Virus record (IMG/VR): IMGVR_UViG_3300022391_000001
Location: 41,470 to 105,469 of that record
DNA: 64,000 nucleotides
Direction: 5' to 3' (one strand)
Origin: a virus
The number at the start of each line of letters is the position of its first letter. The stretch's first letter is position 1. The position numbers and the translations under genes were made by a program. Of the stretch, positions 35,734 through 44,235 are shown in pieces. Under the pieces are notes generated by a model. That model saw nothing but the letters and a program-made list of their open reading frames with translations. It made no database searches and was not told the DNA's origin.

Positions 35734-36909
35734 TCATGCAACATCGCCACCGAAATAGCGCTGAATCAGGTTATCCACGAATTTGGCGTCATCAGCTGAC
35801 AGCTTGTTGACGACGGTGATCTGCGCGGCGCGGCGGGCATCGCGCATCCGGACTGCCTTGCTAGCCCACGCGATCAGCCGGCGAGTGCTGAAGGTGCAGT
35901 AGCACATCTCGTTGGCAAGGGCTTCTCGGACCTTGGATGCGATGGTGACCATCTTCTCTGCGATGGCCCGATTCACGCGGGTGCGATTCATCAGGATCTC
36001 AACCTCTGTCTCCTTGGCGGGATAGTTTGCCTTGATGACCACGCCGAAGCGGTCCAGGGTTGCCTCGTTGATCACGTTGGTGCCGGCGTACAACCCGGTG
36101 TCGTCGCCGCGCCCGTTGGTGTTGTCGGTCGCCATGAAGCGGAAACTGGCGTGAGGCACGACCACTTCGCCGCCGTTGTCGGTGAGCACGAGCGGCTTGC
36201 CTTCCAGGACGGCTTGGAGCTTCATGAGGATGCCGGCCGGAGCGGCGGTGATCTCGTCAAGCAGGAGCCACCAGCCGTTGCGCATCGCTTGGGGCAGGAG
36301 CCCGTCGCGCCAAACGGTCGTGCCGTCGGCGGCGATCTCGTGGAAGCCCACAAACTCGGCAGTGGTAAAGCGCTGGTTGAGCTGGACTCGGACGCAAGGC
36401 TGGTTGAGCATCGCTGCCAGCTCTTCAACGAGCGTGGACTTGCCGCAGCCGGTTGGACCGTAGATGAACGCGGGGCTGTTCTCTTCAACGGCCAACCCCA
36501 ACTCCTCCAACATCTGCTCCTCAGTCTTGCCGACCATCCAGTTGGGATTGTGCTTCGGCACGTACACGCCGTCATCGGCTCCGAGGTCCCGGCGGATCTT
36601 GAGCTGGACGCAACCGAAGTGGAGGGTGTCGGGCGAAGCGACGGGCTTGGCTTCCTCAATCGGGTATCCCGTCGGCGACGTCACCGGCTTGGGCGCGGTG
36701 ACCTTGTTCTGACCGGATTTGGCGCGGTGACGCGCCGTCGCGCTGATTGTCGGAGCCCCGGGGAAGCGCTCGTTGTACTCTGCGACGTTGGTCTTGTGCG
36801 CGAAACCGAGGTGCGCGTCTAGGCGGTGATACCAACACTCGCACAACTTACATTGGATCTTCTCGGAGCCGTCTTTGTCGAAGCGCTCGTGCTTAGCGTC
36901 CTTGGCCAT
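35734..36909 (-). CDS. CobS/CbbQ/MoxR-type AAA+ ATPase with N-terminal Zn finger
   Basis: GPTGCGKS, LLDE, ATDNT.G.GD, EATLDRF, STRRL; C..C...H...H. Confidence 0.9.
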   Translation of the reverse strand: MAKDAKHERFDKDGSEKIQCKLCECWYHRLDAHLGFAHKTNVAEYNERFPGAPTISATARHRAKSGQNKVTAPKPVTSPTGYPIEEAKPVASPDTLHFGCVQLKIRRDLGADDGVYVPKHNPNWMVGKTEEQMLEELGLAVEENSPAFIYGPTGCGKSTLVEELAAMLNQPCVRVQLNQRFTTAEFVGFHEIAADGTTVWRDGLLPQAMRNGWWLLLDEITAAPAGILMKLQAVLEGKPLVLTDNGGEVVVPHASFRFMATDNTNGRGDDTGLYAGTNVINEATLDRFGVVIKANYPAKETEVEILMNRTRVNRAIAEKMVTIASKVREALANEMCYCTFSTRRLIAWASKAVRMRDARRAAQITVVNKLSADDAKFVDNLIQRYFGGDVA

Positions 36910-36969
36910 GGCTGACTTCCTTGTGCTAACTGTCTTGTTTTGTCCGGTTGCTCTTGTCCGTTATCTGAT

Positions 36970-36998
36970 AGCATAATTCCATCCATCGCAAAAGTCGA
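36970..36998 (-). promoter_or_regulatory. early promoter P6
   Basis: TCGACT-17 nt-TATGCT. Confidence 0.75.
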
Positions 36999-37022
36999 GT
37001 GGATATTGACCAGAAAATTGCC

Positions 37023-38042
37023 CTATGCCCTAAGTGCACGATCTTGTTGATACCGATCAGCCAACTTTCTTTGGGCTGAGGCCAATGAAGCGGCCAAGCG
37101 AGCACTCCGCCCACCGGTGTAGCGCTCCGCCGACTCAACCGCCATCCTTGCTTGGTTCCTAGTTGCCGAACCAGGGTCAACCCCATCCGGCAGGCGAGCA
37201 ATGTGGACCGATCCAAACCGACATGTGAGTTGTCGGGCCACGTCATAGGGCGCCGTCTGCTCTTCAGGGTCCAACATCACCGTGATTCCGGCGTCCACAG
37301 GCTTGGCCAACAACATTTCCAGCTGCTCTTTGTGAAGCACCTTGCCCATCAGGGCCAACGCCGGGATGCCGTGCTGCCATAACTTGATGGCGTCCAATGG
37401 CCCCTCAACCAATGCAACGTCGCCATCGAGCGGCGCGTGCTTCCACCCCAACAAAAGGCGCCCGTGGTTGGCGCCCGCTGGGTTCAGGTATTTCGGTTCC
37501 TGCTGGCCCGTCATGTCCCGAGCGGTGAAGCTCCGCCCGTTGGGACACTCGACAGGGATGATGAGACGGCACGCAAACCTGCCTGTGCGGGCCCAACCGA
37601 GCCCCCATTCACGTGCCGTCTCACGCGTCACCCCTCGCTCCCGCAGATACACCGGCATCTTCCATTTCCCTGCTCTGAAGACTGGTATGAACTCGGATGG
37701 AAGCTCCGTGTTCTGCTGAACCTCGGGCTGCTCGCCCCCTCGCATTGCCAGCAAGCGCTGAAGCAACGTCTGCGGAGTCCCTTGCCGCCGGAATTGGACT
37801 GCCCGCCGGAGGATGTATTGGCGTGCCTCGTTGCGGGTGATCCCCTCGACACGCGCAATCAATCCAACCAGCCAGCGTCCCCGCTCCTGGCACTTGAAGC
37901 AGATGTAGTGGCCCTCCTCAGCGTCCACGTAGAATCGGCCATCCTTGCCGCACCAAGGGCACCGCCCCACATACTGATTGGACCCGTTGAGCCTGGCGCC
38001 CTCGATGTGACTCTGACACCATTCTTTGACGTCAAACTGCAT
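37023..38042 (-). CDS. DNA primase (DnaG-like)
   Basis: Zn finger CPWC...CFKC, YLRERG, PKYLN, TOPRIM VEGPLD, DP. Confidence 0.9.
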   Translation of the reverse strand: MQFDVKEWCQSHIEGARLNGSNQYVGRCPWCGKDGRFYVDAEEGHYICFKCQERGRWLVGLIARVEGITRNEARQYILRRAVQFRRQGTPQTLLQRLLAMRGGEQPEVQQNTELPSEFIPVFRAGKWKMPVYLRERGVTRETAREWGLGWARTGRFACRLIIPVECPNGRSFTARDMTGQQEPKYLNPAGANHGRLLLGWKHAPLDGDVALVEGPLDAIKLWQHGIPALALMGKVLHKEQLEMLLAKPVDAGITVMLDPEEQTAPYDVARQLTCRFGSVHIARLPDGVDPGSATRNQARMAVESAERYTGGRSARLAASLASAQRKLADRYQQDRALRA

Positions 38043-38665
38043 CAGCTGATCTTCGCTTGGACGGCTCTCACCGCTTCCATGATCGCCTTGTGGACCTGGC
38101 CAACTTCCGCGTCTGCATTGACGATCGGCCAAGTTTGCTTGCCGTGGATCTCCTGCTCCGCCATCCGCTTCCAGAACCACCGATAACGCTTCACCACCTT
38201 CTCCATCAACCCCGGTTGCTGCTCGTATCGGTCCCTACGCTCCGGCCGTCGCTCCGCTGAAACAGAGGGCTCCGCATCCAACAGAATATGGATATCGGCC
38301 TTGGGCAGATAAGCGTGCATGACCACGAGTTGACGGGAGTCCAATCCATCCTCCGCCCCATAGACCACGCCGGAGGGCCACCACCGATCGGCGACCGCAT
38401 TGACCATCATCTTCTTGGTCCAAGCGATCGTGTCCGCGTGCTCCATCTGATTGGCGAGCTGAAGCGCCTGGAACACCAGTGCGTTGGTCATCCCGTCGGC
38501 GTCGGGCTCCGCCCTCCACTCCCGATTCAGATGCGCATAGATCAGCTTCCCCACTGGCGTCTCAACATCCGGAAACTTGAACAGCTTTGCGTTCATCCGC
38601 TTCTTCAGCAGCTCCGCCTGCGTGGACTTCCCACAAGCGTCAATCCCTTCCAGCACCACAAACAT
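38042..38665 (-). CDS. tmk: thymidylate kinase
   Basis: VLEGIDACGKSTQ, FP, DRWWPSG, DRYE. Confidence 0.88.
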   Translation of the reverse strand: MFVVLEGIDACGKSTQAELLKKRMNAKLFKFPDVETPVGKLIYAHLNREWRAEPDADGMTNALVFQALQLANQMEHADTIAWTKKMMVNAVADRWWPSGVVYGAEDGLDSRQLVVMHAYLPKADIHILLDAEPSVSAERRPERRDRYEQQPGLMEKVVKRYRWFWKRMAEQEIHGKQTWPIVNADAEVGQVHKAIMEAVRAVQAKIS

Positions 38666-38937
38666 CACTTGCTCCTGTTGATCGGAACGGAGCCTGTAGC
38701 CCAAAATCTGTATCGCGCATAGTCGCCCGGCCGGTCCTTGAACGCCAACAGCACTTCCGACGGATAGCGCTGCCACCGGTCCCGCTCTGACCCATGCATC
38801 CCGCTGGTCTTTGCGTACAAAAGCCCCTTCAGCTCCACTTGCTCCAACGTCAAGTGGGACTTCTCGCAATCATCCGCCGCTTCTCGGCGGCTGTAATGTG
38901 TCTCACAGACGTTGCAGATCCACGCTTCTTTGGGCAT
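38665..38937 (-). CDS. small C2H2-like Zn-finger protein
   Basis: CNVC...CEKSH; TGATG coupling. Confidence 0.65.
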   Translation of the reverse strand: MPKEAWICNVCETHYSRREAADDCEKSHLTLEQVELKGLLYAKTSGMHGSERDRWQRYPSEVLLAFKDRPGDYARYRFWATGSVPINRSK

Positions 38938-39649
38938 CGCGCAACCCCGTTATTCGCTGGATGGATGTCTTGATGGCTTGGCCCGAAGTGTCAATGCCGA
39001 TGTAGTCCCGCTCGTTGTTCAGAGCGGCAATCCCCGTTGTACTGGAACCGCAGAAGGGGTCCAACACCACTTGGCCCGGCTTGGTTGAATTCAGCACCAG
39101 AGCTTCGCACAGCCCAACGGGCTTCTCAGCCGGATAGCCCCGGTGAATCCGAGCGTAGCGCAGGACATCCCGCTGTCTCAAGTCGTTGAGCCGCCGCTTG
39201 CCCTTCTCCAAGAAGACGATGAACTCATACTGGCATCGCCAGTGGTAGCCCATCCCTATCTTCATCTTATCCCACACCAGACGCTTCCACCACTTGAACT
39301 TCATCTTGTCCACGATCGGCCGGAGAACATCGCTGGTCTCGTCATCGCAGAAGATGTACAGGTGCGAGTTGGGCTTCATCACCCGCCAGCACTGTATCAA
39401 GAACGGCAAGAAGCGCTCGTTGGGGAATACCGTGAACCAATCGTTGCTGCTCTTGGCCGAGTGCTTCAGCCGCGTCGTGCTCCCCACCGCCCGGTGTTTC
39501 TCGATGGACTCATATGGAGGGTCTGTAATGATACAGTCCACCGAGCCCTCCACCAAGTTCTGCATCACCTCGATGGCATCGCCCTGGAACACGGACCAGC
39601 CCGGTCCACCCTGCCCTCTGTACTTGATTCTGAACATGTCAGGCTCCAT
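38903..39649 (-). CDS. DNA amino-methyltransferase (N6A/N4C, beta class)
   Basis: TDPPY precedes EKP and VLDPFCGSST. Confidence 0.9.
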   Translation of the reverse strand: MEPDMFRIKYRGQGGPGWSVFQGDAIEVMQNLVEGSVDCIITDPPYESIEKHRAVGSTTRLKHSAKSSNDWFTVFPNERFLPFLIQCWRVMKPNSHLYIFCDDETSDVLRPIVDKMKFKWWKRLVWDKMKIGMGYHWRCQYEFIVFLEKGKRRLNDLRQRDVLRYARIHRGYPAEKPVGLCEALVLNSTKPGQVVLDPFCGSSTTGIAALNNERDYIGIDTSGQAIKTSIQRITGLRDAQRSVDLQRL

Positions 39650-39845
39650 ATGGGATCCTATCACCCAACTTCCGCGCCAGCTTCCAGCCCTTCAAAGTCA
39701 GCTTGTATCGCTTCAGCGTCGGGCGCACCCGCTTCGCCAGCCCTGCTTCTTGCAGCAGCCGGAGATCATCGTCATAGACTCCTGATGCTTCTATCACCCC
39801 AAAATTCTTGGATGCCTTGGAGATCATCCATGAAATCCTGTTCAT
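39639..39845 (-). CDS. small winged-helix-like protein
   Basis: LQEAGLAK...YKLTLKG. Confidence 0.5.
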   Translation of the reverse strand: MNRISWMISKASKNFGVIEASGVYDDDLRLLQEAGLAKRVRPTLKRYKLTLKGWKLARKLGDRIPYGA

Positions 39846-40102
39846 GTCCCCGTCTTGCAATTTCTCCCCCGTGCGTCATCTCTGTTCTTCACATCCCAAC
39901 GCCAAGAATTCAGATTGGCGCAACACCCTTCGCTGATGTACAATTCATAGCGCCATTCAGCCGCTTGCTGGCACACGTATCGCCCTCGCTCTTCATCCCA
40001 CGCCAACGCCGGGCAGTCCAAGAGCCCCCACTTGGCCAATGACAAGGGGCACGGGACTTTGATGCAGCACCATCCGCAACCGACACAAGGATGGGTCTTC
40101 AC
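39842..40102 (-). CDS. CxxCxxCC (YkgJ-like) Fe-S/Zn cluster protein
   Basis: CVGCGWCC...CPAL...C...CC; coupled to the helicase. Confidence 0.65.
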   Translation of the reverse strand: MKTHPCVGCGWCCIKVPCPLSLAKWGLLDCPALAWDEERGRYVCQQAAEWRYELYISEGCCANLNSWRWDVKNRDDARGRNCKTGT

Positions 40103-41487
40103 GCTTCTCGCTCCTGCTCCGCTTCAGCGATGTACATGCGCGTGAACTCCGCTTCCAACGGGAATGTGATGTCACCTTTGCCGTCCCGGTATTTGGCCAG
40201 ATACAGCTCCATGTGCTTTGTGTCGGGCTTCAGCGGTCCCTCCGTCGGCGCTGCCTCTTCACCGTCGTCATCGTCTATGGACACCCGCGTTGAGCGGGTG
40301 CGCTTCTCGGGCGTGTTCAGGGTTATGACCAGGTCAGCGATGCGCGCCTTGTCGTAGGACTCGGCGGTTGCCTCTGCCTTGGCGATCTTGTCCTTCCACT
40401 CCTTGCCCGCCTGCGTGGAAGTCCACACACCGTAGCCCTCGCCAGCGAGCCCGGCGATGTCCCAGTACACCTCCGCCTGCTGGAGCCTATGTGACTCAAA
40501 CCGCCCCACGCCGCGCATGTGATCGGCGGAGTCCAAGATGATCACCTTGGGGTGAAAGTCGTGCTCCGTCCGCAGATCATCCAACGCGGCGCGCACGGTG
40601 TTGATATCACACCGGCGAAGCGGCATCTCAACGATATGGAGCAACCCCTCAAACTGCTTCAGCGCCTTGCCCTGCTTTGCCTCCAGCTGGCGAAGCTCCG
40701 AAGGTTTGAAGTCATATTCCTTGAACTTCTTGTATTCCATACGTGACCAGCGGGAGTCCATCCGCTGAGCAATCTGGAACAAAGGCATCTCAAGGCTGAA
40801 ATACACCGTGGGATAGCCCCGGGCGATGGCGTTGTAGGTGAGGTTGCTCAGGACGATGGACTTGCCCACGCCCGTCGTTGCGACCACCAGACCTAGCTCG
40901 CACAGCTCCAGCCCTCCACTCAGGATCCGGTCCAGTCGCTTGAACCCGGTTGGGATGCGTGTCCACTCTTCAGGGTGCTCCCGGCGACGCTTCCGCTCCA
41001 TCTGCCGGTGCTGAAAGTCCGAGATCCACTCAATGCTGTTGTAGTCCCGTGGCTTGAGCTCCCGGTCCACCGCCGACCGCAACGCCTTGTACACATCATC
41101 CACTTGGCCCTTCTCCAGCGACCTTGCCGCTGCTTCCATGGCCAGTTGGGCGTTGACCGTGCGGACAAACTCCGAGAGTTGATCCAGCGATGCCAAAGCC
41201 GCCTTGGGCTGGCGCCGAATGAGCTTGCGCACCAACTCCAGGTGAACCGCTCGCTCCCCATCCTCACGGAAGTCCACCCGCGCCCGAGCGATCAAGTGCG
41301 CGGCGGTGGTCTGCTCCCGGTATTTGGTCCAGATCTCATAGATCCCCTTCCACACCCATGCGTGCTGCGGAGTGTTGAAATGGTGCTCCGCCACCAACCG
41401 CGCTGCCCGTTTCAAATAGTCTTTGTCACGCAGCGCGCGACAAAGGATGTCCTCTTCAAACTCCTGATCCAGAATCAGGTTTGTCAT
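40099..41487 (-). CDS. dnaB: replicative DNA helicase (DnaB family)
   Basis: IPTGF..LD, ATTGVGKS, SLEM, ILDSAD, TQ, AKYRDG. Confidence 0.9.
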   Translation of the reverse strand: MTNLILDQEFEEDILCRALRDKDYLKRAARLVAEHHFNTPQHAWVWKGIYEIWTKYREQTTAAHLIARARVDFREDGERAVHLELVRKLIRRQPKAALASLDQLSEFVRTVNAQLAMEAAARSLEKGQVDDVYKALRSAVDRELKPRDYNSIEWISDFQHRQMERKRRREHPEEWTRIPTGFKRLDRILSGGLELCELGLVVATTGVGKSIVLSNLTYNAIARGYPTVYFSLEMPLFQIAQRMDSRWSRMEYKKFKEYDFKPSELRQLEAKQGKALKQFEGLLHIVEMPLRRCDINTVRAALDDLRTEHDFHPKVIILDSADHMRGVGRFESHRLQQAEVYWDIAGLAGEGYGVWTSTQAGKEWKDKIAKAEATAESYDKARIADLVITLNTPEKRTRSTRVSIDDDDGEEAAPTEGPLKPDTKHMELYLAKYRDGKGDITFPLEAEFTRMYIAEAEQEREA

Positions 41488-42196
41488 ATCCCATCTCGCG
41501 CACCATCTCGGCGCCTTGGTTGCGGCGATAATCCCCAGGCTCCATACAGACTGTGTAGAACCTCCCCTGTAGCATCGACTTGACCGTTGGCCCGTATGCT
41601 TGATGCAGATGTTGCAATGACAAATTGGTGGCGAAGATCACCGGCATTGAATCATCAAGTCGCTCCTTGAACACTCGTTCCAACTGAGCGTCCATATACC
41701 GATTGGACGCCTTCACCCGCTCCTTGCCCAGCTCATCGATCACGACAAAGTCAGAGGTCAGCATCAGAGACAGCCTACGTTGCCGCTCTGCGTCGTTGAA
41801 ACCTGCCTTGATGTCTAGGTCCAGCTGTGGCATCGTCGTGTAGTACGCGGTGAACGAGGCACGCAGAGCACACACGATCACGTATGAGCAGAACATCGTC
41901 TTGCCGGTCCCGTTGTCCCCGGTCAGCAGCAGACCATACCCATGCTTCAACGCCCGACGGAAGTTGGCCACATACCGGCGGATCACGAGGTCAAACGCCT
42001 GCCGATTGTGTTTGACCTGATCATCCTTCACATACCAGAATTGCCTGGGCACGCAGGATTCATATGCTTCCAGAGCGTATTCAAACTGCTCCCGGCACGA
42101 ACATCGCCTGCCCCGTCCCTCGCACTTCCGGCACAAAATGACGTGCCGGAAATAGGCTCGGGCTCTGAATTCTTCCACCTCCGCCTCAGTCCTCAT
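41456..42196 (-). CDS. DnaC/IstB-like helicase loader ATPase
   Basis: CRKC..CSC, GDNGTGKT, VIDELGKE, ATNL. Confidence 0.88.
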   Translation of the reverse strand: MRTEAEVEEFRARAYFRHVILCRKCEGRGRRCSCREQFEYALEAYESCVPRQFWYVKDDQVKHNRQAFDLVIRRYVANFRRALKHGYGLLLTGDNGTGKTMFCSYVIVCALRASFTAYYTTMPQLDLDIKAGFNDAERQRRLSLMLTSDFVVIDELGKERVKASNRYMDAQLERVFKERLDDSMPVIFATNLSLQHLHQAYGPTVKSMLQGRFYTVCMEPGDYRRNQGAEMVREMGYDKPDSGSGV

Positions 42197-44051
42197 GATA
42201 CATATTCTCCGCCGCCCACTGCACCCAAACGTCGTGCTTGCCCACGAACACGACTGCGCCTGCCCCTCGGGACATGGCGGCACTCTGGACAGACATCAAG
42301 TAGCGATCTGAAACCCCGCTGATGTCAAAGCCCGCTGACTCCAACCCCGGTCGGAGTCGAGGGTCCAACTTGGTCACATCGCCATAAGAATGGCGATTGG
42401 ACGCGCCCTCTGCGCCGGCCTTGAAGTCCCCGGCTCGCCATTGACGCCCCTTCTCGCTCGTCACCTCCATCGCCTGGCACGCCACCCGGTCCACGTTGGT
42501 CGGCGAAGTCAAGAATGTGATCGGGGGCACACGAAGCTTCGCGTCAGCGAAGTGCTTGATCTGCACGTGCCAGTATTCCAGCACCTGGCGTGGCGTCACG
42601 GAATACTGGAGACAGAGGATGGCCGCCGCGATGGCGTGTTTTTTCTCCTTGGCGTTGAACTCATAGTTGACCACCCGTCCCGTCTCACGCTGGTCCATCC
42701 GGCGATATCGGCTGTAGATGCGGGCATACTCGTCACCCAGCTTGCTGACCAGCTCCCGCCGCTTCGGGTTTTGGGGCGACAGCCTCAGCGTCTCCAGCAT
42801 CTCAACCCGTTGCGCATCGGAGGGCTCGAATGTGACCTGTGGACGCCCCCTCTGGTCCAACTTGGTCCAGTCAATCGGTTGCTTCGCCGCCGCCGCTTCC
42901 GCCACACGCTGGGCTGAGGCTGCCTTGCGCTTCCCCGCCTGCTTCTCGGCGCCTGCTCGCATCGCCGACATGTCCACGCCAGTCTTCTTTGGCGTGGGTG
43001 GCGTGGGTGCTTTTGCACTTCCTGATACTTTACGCCTAGTTATAGCCTGCCCCCCCTTATCCGATAGGGATCTAGGGGTTAAGGATCTAGGGGTTAAGGA
43101 TCTAGGGGTTAAGGATCTAGGAATAGGATCTAAGGATCTAGGTTCTAAACTACTAGCCACTTCTGCGAAACGATGGGTGGAATTAGAACAATCGCTGGGG
43201 ACTCTCACATGATTCTTGTCTTTCTTGGTGTTTTTCGCCATAGGGGTCTTTTCGCTCGATGATGCTGTTCTTGTCCGGTCTTGTGCGCTTCGCGCACATG
43301 CAGATTCTGTCGAATCTGCTTGTTCTTCATAGGGTTTTTGATTTGTGCTATCCTTCTTGAGTGCTTCGATGAAACAACGAACAGCAGAACTGCCACAATA
43401 TATTGGGTTGCCTAAGGGGTCATGATAGGACATTAAACCAAGATTCAGCTTCCCAAGCGGGATTTTCAGTGAGTGGCCGGTGTTTTGATCAAAAAACCTT
43501 ATATTTCCATCATCTATGCCATGAAGTGCAGCCGATTTGCTAGTGGATTTTCCACCCATCCCGTCGTTCCCAGCCGGTGGAGAGTCGTTTTTAACCGATG
43601 GCACCAGCTTCCCGCCCGTGAGATTCATCCGAACGTCTGGTGGGATGTCCTCTGCTCGGGCGAAGTCTATGTCATCTTCACGCAACAAATCGTCCGCAGC
43701 CAAGACGCCGATGTTGGAATCAGGGATCAGATGGCGGGTGAGCTTCACGAGCCGGTTGGGCCCAGAGATGAGGGCTCGCTTCAGGATCTTGACGACAGTG
43801 GGGACTCCGATTGCCTCACGGTAGATCTCGATGTATCCCTTGTCGTGAAGCTCCTTGAGGATGACCGACGCTCGCCCCTCGGACAACCCCAAGATCTCGG
43901 CCACCTCTGGACGCCCACGAGACAACTCCGAGTCCGAAGCCACCTGGAAGCGCATCCAGGCTGAGAACCCTTCTTGCGACAGCTCCAGGTAGGCTTGTTG
44001 GATGGTGGCGTGGCCCTTGGCAAAGATGTTGGGATCAGGCTCTTTAACCAT
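42186..44051 (-). CDS. putative replication initiator protein
   Basis: N-terminal HTH (VAEILGLSEGRASVILKELHDKGYI); directly upstream of dnaC and dnaB; internal direct repeats. Confidence 0.65.
   Translation of the reverse strand: MVKEPDPNIFAKGHATIQQAYLELSQEGFSAWMRFQVASDSELSRGRPEVAEILGLSEGRASVILKELHDKGYIEIYREAIGVPTVVKILKRALISGPNRLVKLTRHLIPDSNIGVLAADDLLREDDIDFARAEDIPPDVRMNLTGGKLVPSVKNDSPPAGNDGMGGKSTSKSAALHGIDDGNIRFFDQNTGHSLKIPLGKLNLGLMSYHDPLGNPIYCGSSAVRCFIEALKKDSTNQKPYEEQADSTESACARSAQDRTRTASSSEKTPMAKNTKKDKNHVRVPSDCSNSTHRFAEVASSLEPRSLDPIPRSLTPRSLTPRSLTPRSLSDKGGQAITRRKVSGSAKAPTPPTPKKTGVDMSAMRAGAEKQAGKRKAASAQRVAEAAAAKQPIDWTKLDQRGRPQVTFEPSDAQRVEMLETLRLSPQNPKRRELVSKLGDEYARIYSRYRRMDQRETGRVVNYEFNAKEKKHAIAAAILCLQYSVTPRQVLEYWHVQIKHFADAKLRVPPITFLTSPTNVDRVACQAMEVTSEKGRQWRAGDFKAGAEGASNRHSYGDVTKLDPRLRPGLESAGFDISGVSDRYLMSVQSAAMSRGAGAVVFVGKHDVWVQWAAENMYHED
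43068..43145. repeat. 15-bp tandem repeats (GGATCTAGGGGTTAA x3 plus partial copies); putative origin iterons
   Basis: Six GGATCTA cores in a lower-GC stretch inside the initiator gene. Confidence 0.7.
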
Positions 44052-44065
44052 TCTATGTGCCCCCG

Positions 44066-44143
44066 AAAAAAAGCCCGGCGGCACGCACGTTGATCCTACA
44101 GGACGTACAGGACGCACGCCCACAACGTGAACGCCGCTCGGGC
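44066..44143 (-). terminator. long hairpin plus U7 tract in the initiator leader (attenuator or sRNA)
   Basis: gcccgagcggcg..cacgttg / caacgtg..gccgccgggc followed by TTTTTTT; TAGAAT 7 nt upstream. Confidence 0.65.
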
Positions 44144-44235
44144 AACTTCAATTCTAGCCGACAAAACAACAGTAGGATTTGTCGCCGGGAGTCTCTATCG
44201 CTGATGCTGCACTGAAAGTCGAGTCCTTTTATTGC

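Noticed and set aside
33658-36909. Cobalamin biosynthesis (cobS/cobT) as auxiliary metabolic genes
   Set aside because: No cobN or other cob genes; the motifs support only a generic AAA+/vWA pair.
43068-43145. Repeats considered as a mini-CRISPR array
   Set aside because: They are contiguous 15-bp units without spacers, inside an ORF, and no cas genes are present.
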